The notes under the pieces are model-generated. The model made no database searches. It was not told the DNA's origin and saw nothing but the letters and a program-made list of their open reading frames with translations. A stretch of 64,000 nucleotides of DNA from Calditrichia bacterium (GTDB lineage Bacteria; Calditrichota; Calditrichia; RBG-13-44-9; J075): contig JBOEGD010000011.1 in NCBI GenBank assembly GCA_050633245.1, forward strand, positions 256,001 to 320,000, read 5' to 3'. The number at the start of each line of letters is the position of its first letter. Position 1 is the first letter of the stretch. The translations under genes were made by a program, and so were the position numbers. Shown here piece by piece: positions 59,170 to 64,000 of the stretch.

Positions 59170-61368
59170 ATGTCCGATATCCTTGCCACTCTGAACCCCT
59201 CGCAAAAAGATGCTGTTGAACATCTGGAAGGTCCGATTTTGGTGCTGGCCGGCGCTGGTAGCGGTAAAACGCGCGTGCTTACCTATCGAATCGCGAACCT
59301 TTTGCAAAAGGGCGTGGCTCGCCCTCATGAAATTCTTGCAGTAACGTTTACCAATAAAGCTGCACGTGAGATGCAGAAGCGAATTGAGAGTCTTATCTCA
59401 TCCTCTGCACGGGGGATGTGGATTGGAACCTTTCACTCTATCTGCGCTCGCATTCTGCGGATGGAGGCTCACGAGCTGGGCTACGATAGCAATTTTACTA
59501 TTTACGATGTAGACGATCAGCTTCGTCTTCTTCAGAACGTGATGGCTGGCTTAAATATCAGCACCCAAACGCTGAAGCCTCGACAGGTGCAGTATCGTAT
59601 TAGTGACAGTAAAAATAAAATGATTACGCCAGAGCGTTTCGATAAGATGGCAATGGATTATAATGACAAGCGCATCGCTCAGGTCTATCATGCTTACGAA
59701 AAAGCTAAGCGTCGTAATAATGCTTTCGACTTTGATGACCTGCTAATCAAGCCGCTCGATGTTTTTACCAAACATGAGCACGTGTTGCACAAGTATCAAT
59801 CTCGCTTTCGCCAGATACTGGTCGATGAGTATCAAGATACCAATAAAGCGCAATACTATTTTATTAAGCATCTTTCATCCATGCATCGCAATATTTGTGT
59901 CGTTGGCGATGAGGATCAGAGTATTTATCGCTGGCGTGGTGCAGATATCGAAAATATTTTGAACTTCGGTAAAGATTACCCGGAAGCAAAGACGGTCAGA
60001 CTCGAACAAAATTATCGTTCAACAACTACTATCCTGGAAGCAGCTAATGCGGTAGTCTCAAATAATGAGCGGCGTTTGGGAAAGGAACTTTGGTCCAAGC
60101 GCGAAGCTGGCAGCTTAATCGCAATTAACCGCTGCGCCGATGAAGCTTCAGAGGCTGCTCAAATTGTGGAGATTATCCGCAGTGAAGCACGTAGCCACGA
60201 CTACAACTATAATGACTTTGCTGTTCTCTATCGCACCAATGCACAAAGCCGTGCAATGGAAGATCGGCTGAGGCGTGCCAATATTCCTTACACCATAGTT
60301 GGTGGCACAAAGTTCTATGACCGAAAAGAAGTAAAAGACATTCTCGCCTATTTACGTGTTTTGGTGAATCCACTTGATGGCGTGGCCATGCGCAGAATAG
60401 TAAATTTTCCACCACGTGGAATAGGCGATAAAACTCAACAGCATATTGAACAATACGCTACGGAGAAGGCGCAGTCGCTTTTTCAGGCCGTTGTCGATGG
60501 AGCAAACATTAGTACGTTATCGGCCAGAGTCCGGACAAAAATTCAAGCGTTTGGTATGTCTCTGCAGCAGCTGCGCGAAAAGCTGGAAACCGAAAACGCT
60601 TATCTGCTTGCCCAGGAGGTTGCTCAGGTATTTGGCTTGAAGCGACACTACGAAAAGTCTACTTTGGTGGAAGATGAAACGCGACTCGAGAACATAAATG
60701 AACTTCTGAACAGTATTGCCGCTTTTGTTGAAACGGAAGGGGAAGATGCAACGCTTTCTAAATATCTTGAAGATGTTGCGTTACTGACAGATGTAGATCG
60801 CTGGGATCCGGATCATCAGGCAATTACACTGATGACGTTGCATAGCGCAAAGGGACTGGAGTTTCCGGTTGTTGTGCTTAGCGGCATGGAAGACGGCCTT
60901 TTTCCGCTTTTTCGCAGTCTGAATAATCCGGAGGACTTGGAGGAGGAACGACGTCTGTTTTATGTGGGAATGACGCGTGCAATGAACAGCCTCTATTTGC
61001 TCTGGACGAATCAACGTCGACGTTTTACCGGGGAAAAAGCCGGTATGATGCACCGCAATACACCGTCTCGCTTTCTGTTGGAAATACCAGCGTCGTTTAA
61101 AAATGAACCAACCGTTGGACGAGCAACGTTTAGTCAAACCCGTAAAAACACGCGTCCACGCGCGGCCATGGACTTTGCCGAACAAATGCTCAGTGCCGAT
61201 TCCAAATACAAAATTGGTGATTGGGTTCAGCATGAATCATTTGGGAAAGGGCAGGTCTTGGGAGTCGAAGGCAGCGGAAGTGGTACCAAGCTAACCGTAC
61301 TATTTCAAAAGAAGCAGCTAAAGAAACTCATTGCCGAATATGCGAACTTAACTGTTTTGAATACATAA
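59170..61368 (+). CDS. pcrA: ATP-dependent DNA helicase PcrA/UvrD
   Basis: LAGAGSGKT, TFTNKAA, VDEYQDTN, GDEDQSIY, TLHSAKGLEF, EERRLFYVGMTRA, C-terminal Tudor-like domain. Confidence 0.96.
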   Translation: MSDILATLNPSQKDAVEHLEGPILVLAGAGSGKTRVLTYRIANLLQKGVARPHEILAVTFTNKAAREMQKRIESLISSSARGMWIGTFHSICARILRMEAHELGYDSNFTIYDVDDQLRLLQNVMAGLNISTQTLKPRQVQYRISDSKNKMITPERFDKMAMDYNDKRIAQVYHAYEKAKRRNNAFDFDDLLIKPLDVFTKHEHVLHKYQSRFRQILVDEYQDTNKAQYYFIKHLSSMHRNICVVGDEDQSIYRWRGADIENILNFGKDYPEAKTVRLEQNYRSTTTILEAANAVVSNNERRLGKELWSKREAGSLIAINRCADEASEAAQIVEIIRSEARSHDYNYNDFAVLYRTNAQSRAMEDRLRRANIPYTIVGGTKFYDRKEVKDILAYLRVLVNPLDGVAMRRIVNFPPRGIGDKTQQHIEQYATEKAQSLFQAVVDGANISTLSARVRTKIQAFGMSLQQLREKLETENAYLLAQEVAQVFGLKRHYEKSTLVEDETRLENINELLNSIAAFVETEGEDATLSKYLEDVALLTDVDRWDPDHQAITLMTLHSAKGLEFPVVVLSGMEDGLFPLFRSLNNPEDLEEERRLFYVGMTRAMNSLYLLWTNQRRRFTGEKAGMMHRNTPSRFLLEIPASFKNEPTVGRATFSQTRKNTRPRAAMDFAEQMLSADSKYKIGDWVQHESFGKGQVLGVEGSGSGTKLTVLFQKKQLKKLIAEYANLTVLNT

Positions 61369-61410
61369 AATACTTTGGTAATAAGACGATATGTCATTCG
61401 AGGTTTATAC

Positions 61411-64000
61411 ATGAAACACCGTTCTATGTTTTACGCATTATGTTTTTTCCTTCTGAGTATTGCTCCGCTTTCTGCGCAACAATACAGCGAAAGTAACGAC
61501 TTTTCCTACGCGCTGAAGCTTTACAATGAAGGATTCTACGATATTGCTGCTCAACAGTTTTCAACGTTTATTAATCGCTATCCTGCCAGTGATAATATGG
61601 GCGACGCGCGTTACTACTACGCCGACTCTTATTATAAATTGGGCGAAATTGACAATGCGCGCATTGAGTTTCAGGGGCTTGCAGTGGGTTTCCCAGATCA
61701 TCCGCGTGCTGCTGAAGGTTGGTTGAGAGTAGGGGAGTGCTATGAAGAATTAGGCAAACCTATGGAGGCTGCAAAAGCCTTTGAAACGATCAAGATTTTA
61801 TATTCTTCAAGTCCATTGGCACCACGCGGCTTGCTTCATGCCGGTCGGTTGTACCTTGAAAGTGGCGAGCCATTACGTGCTGAACAAACGCTAAAGGAGT
61901 TTTTGGATCGGTATGTGGAATCCTCTGAATACCCTCAGGGCCGTGCTCAATTTGGCACAGTGCTTCTTGCAAAAGGAGAGCTTGAACACGCAATTAAGGA
62001 GTTCGAACGCGTACCGGCATTAACTCAGGACAAAGAAATTCTTTCGACTGCCCTCCTTGGCAAAGGACAAGCAATGTATCGACTTGGCCTAATCAGCCGG
62101 GCAACAGAATCATTTAATGGGATACTTTCAAATTACATCCGTAGCAGTTCAGCGGCTGAGGCATTGACACAGCTGGTGCGGATTCATCAGAATAAACGTG
62201 AGTATACCGAGGCACTGTCTCTTATACGTAAACACGCCTCCTCATTTTCCGGCGGCAAGCAGGCCACTGCAATAAGCATGCTCGAGTCGCAGTGCCTTAT
62301 TCTCCAAAAGAATCCCTCTCAAGCTGTCAGGATGCTTGAACCAATAGTCGGGTCAGCATCGCTAACGGTAAAAGAAAAGACACTCTCTACATATTATCTG
62401 GCATGTGCTTATTTGGAAGATGGAAGTTATGATAAGGCTCAGCCGCTCTATGAGGCTCTGCTCAATGACGCAGATGCTAAGACAAAAGAGCTTCGGGTAC
62501 CAATATTGATTAATTTGTCTTCGCTACATCTTGACAACAATCGGATTGCCTTAGCGCGTCCGCTGGTGCACCAACTTCAGGAAGAGCATCCGGGCTCACC
62601 AGACAATGAGAGCATTCACCGTGAATTGATCAAGAAGGCCTTTAAGCAACAGCAGATTTCTGTTGGCGTTGATGAACTGCAGCGCTATCGCGGTGCATAT
62701 CCGGCCTCTGCTTCGCGAGACGATCTGACTCATTTGGCCGGCAAGGCTTATTTCGAAAATGAACAATATCAGCGTAGCCTGTTGTTTTTTGAACAGGTGC
62801 TTGCCGAATATCCTGGCTCGGCGGTTTGGGATTCCAGCCGTGCGTATATTCGCTATATCAAAACCTACGAAGAAACTGGTGAGCAGGCTGGAGTTAAAGA
62901 GCTTGCTAAACTAATGGGAAGAATGATTACCGGGGAAAAGAAGGAGCAGCTCATCTTTGATCTGGGTGAGGTTTATATCAGCAGATTGAAAGACTTTGAA
63001 GCAGCGGCGAATATCTTTTCTCAACCGCAAACGGCTAAGGAAGATTCTGCCACAACGGCAAAGCGGCTATATTATCTTAGCGAAAGCAAGTTACTGCTTG
63101 CCGAGAAAGAACTCTTCCTAAGTTCACCCTCAGAAAAAAGTTATGCCGAGGCAGCTAGCGAACTTAAGAAAGCAATGGTCTACATAAATCAGTCTCCACA
63201 GCCGGATACGCTGATGTTTCGCTATCTAAAAACAACTTTGGCTGCGGATACGCCAATAGATAAATTTCTTCAGTTTTGGACGGTGTTTGAACAGAATTAT
63301 CCGCAGAGTAACTTACTCGCTGAGGCCTACTTGCATATCGCTCGAAAGGCGAACATTTCCGCTAAGGCGTCAATCGCAAATACCTATTTTGACAAGGCAA
63401 TTGCAAAAGGTGGATATTTTGGCGGTACAGCAGCTCTCTTTCGTGGAAAAGAACTACTCCAAAATGGCGATCGTGCCAATGGTGAATCTGTTTTAAAGAC
63501 TTTCTTGCTGGAAAATAAACGTCACCCGGGACACCCGGAAGCGTATTGGCTTCTTAGTCAGTCTAGTCTTACCGCAGGCGAGAAAAAGACCTCTGCAGCA
63601 TTTTTGGAGCGCCTTGCCGAAGAATTCAATTATACAGAGTATGGTGCTCAAGCGCCGGTTGGCGTTATTGCAAGCCACATTGCAGACGGCAATTATGAAA
63701 AAGCTGCACAGAAAATTCAGTATGAGCTACGAGGGGTATCGGTAGACGATCCTGTTGCTGCAAGCTACTTGTCCCAACCGGAACCAGCCTACTATTTTTA
63801 CGCCGGAAAATCTGCCTGGCGCCAAAAAAACTTTGGCCGTTCTCGCAGAGAATTGCTCGCCTATCTAAATCGAGCTCAAAAGCAGGAGTTTCAGAATGAA
63901 TCTCTTTATTTGCTTGGCATGATGGCGATTGAAGAGCAGGACATTGAGTCAGCTCTCCTTCACTTCGAACTTGTGAATAAAGATGGTGATGCGACATATT
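61411..64000 (+). CDS. Large secreted TPR-repeat protein (3' partial, runs off window)
   Basis: ATG 61411 with SD GAGGT; MKHRSMFYALCFFLLSIAPLSA-QQYSESNDFSYALKLYNEGFYDIAAQQF..RYP...DARYYYADSYY; not in ORF track because no stop is in the window. Confidence 0.85.
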   Translation, partial: MKHRSMFYALCFFLLSIAPLSAQQYSESNDFSYALKLYNEGFYDIAAQQFSTFINRYPASDNMGDARYYYADSYYKLGEIDNARIEFQGLAVGFPDHPRAAEGWLRVGECYEELGKPMEAAKAFETIKILYSSSPLAPRGLLHAGRLYLESGEPLRAEQTLKEFLDRYVESSEYPQGRAQFGTVLLAKGELEHAIKEFERVPALTQDKEILSTALLGKGQAMYRLGLISRATESFNGILSNYIRSSSAAEALTQLVRIHQNKREYTEALSLIRKHASSFSGGKQATAISMLESQCLILQKNPSQAVRMLEPIVGSASLTVKEKTLSTYYLACAYLEDGSYDKAQPLYEALLNDADAKTKELRVPILINLSSLHLDNNRIALARPLVHQLQEEHPGSPDNESIHRELIKKAFKQQQISVGVDELQRYRGAYPASASRDDLTHLAGKAYFENEQYQRSLLFFEQVLAEYPGSAVWDSSRAYIRYIKTYEETGEQAGVKELAKLMGRMITGEKKEQLIFDLGEVYISRLKDFEAAANIFSQPQTAKEDSATTAKRLYYLSESKLLLAEKELFLSSPSEKSYAEAASELKKAMVYINQSPQPDTLMFRYLKTTLAADTPIDKFLQFWTVFEQNYPQSNLLAEAYLHIARKANISAKASIANTYFDKAIAKGGYFGGTAALFRGKELLQNGDRANGESVLKTFLLENKRHPGHPEAYWLLSQSSLTAGEKKTSAAFLERLAEEFNYTEYGAQAPVGVIASHIADGNYEKAAQKIQYELRGVSVDDPVAASYLSQPEPAYYFYAGKSAWRQKNFGRSRRELLAYLNRAQKQEFQNESLYLLGMMAIEEQDIESALLHFELVNKDGDATY

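Overview
Bacterial chromosomal window. Gene content and order (bamD-nadD-accB-accC-gcvH, vWA/AAA pair, SD-led genes, sigma70-type promoters) suggest an FCB-group organism such as Calditrichota or Ignavibacteriota; this is inference only. Nearly all genes are on the + strand. (1) Bases 1-~7470 look AT-richer by eye and appear to be the decayed end of a prophage or island. The region carries promoter-delimited cargo cassettes: a Tse2/ART-like small protein + DUF6575-like protein + TIR protein; a ubiquitin-like (beta-grasp, internal di-Gly) membrane protein with a membrane partner, bracketed by a 49-bp direct repeat; and a second TIR protein. Two small phage-like membrane genes and a truncated terminase small subunit follow, abutting the terminator of tRNA-Thr(CGT). 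(2) Bases ~7800-64000 are mostly housekeeping genes (ccsA-like, glycerate kinase, rpiA, pgl, miaB, vWA/AAA and DUF58-transglutaminase-MoxR clusters, MATE, birA, coaX, mutS, HU, bamD, nadD, accBC, gcvH, mltG, pcrA/uvrD, a large TPR protein). Less obvious items the ORF track misses or splits: an AhpD/CMD-family selenoprotein (CxxU, in-frame UGA plus a SECIS-like hairpin) coupled to a TRPM-type SLOG-SLATT gene, a CTG-initiated nadD, TetR operator palindromes, a REP-like doublet and a 122-aa internal duplication in the transglutaminase. All family assignments come from motif recognition by eye; no searches were run.
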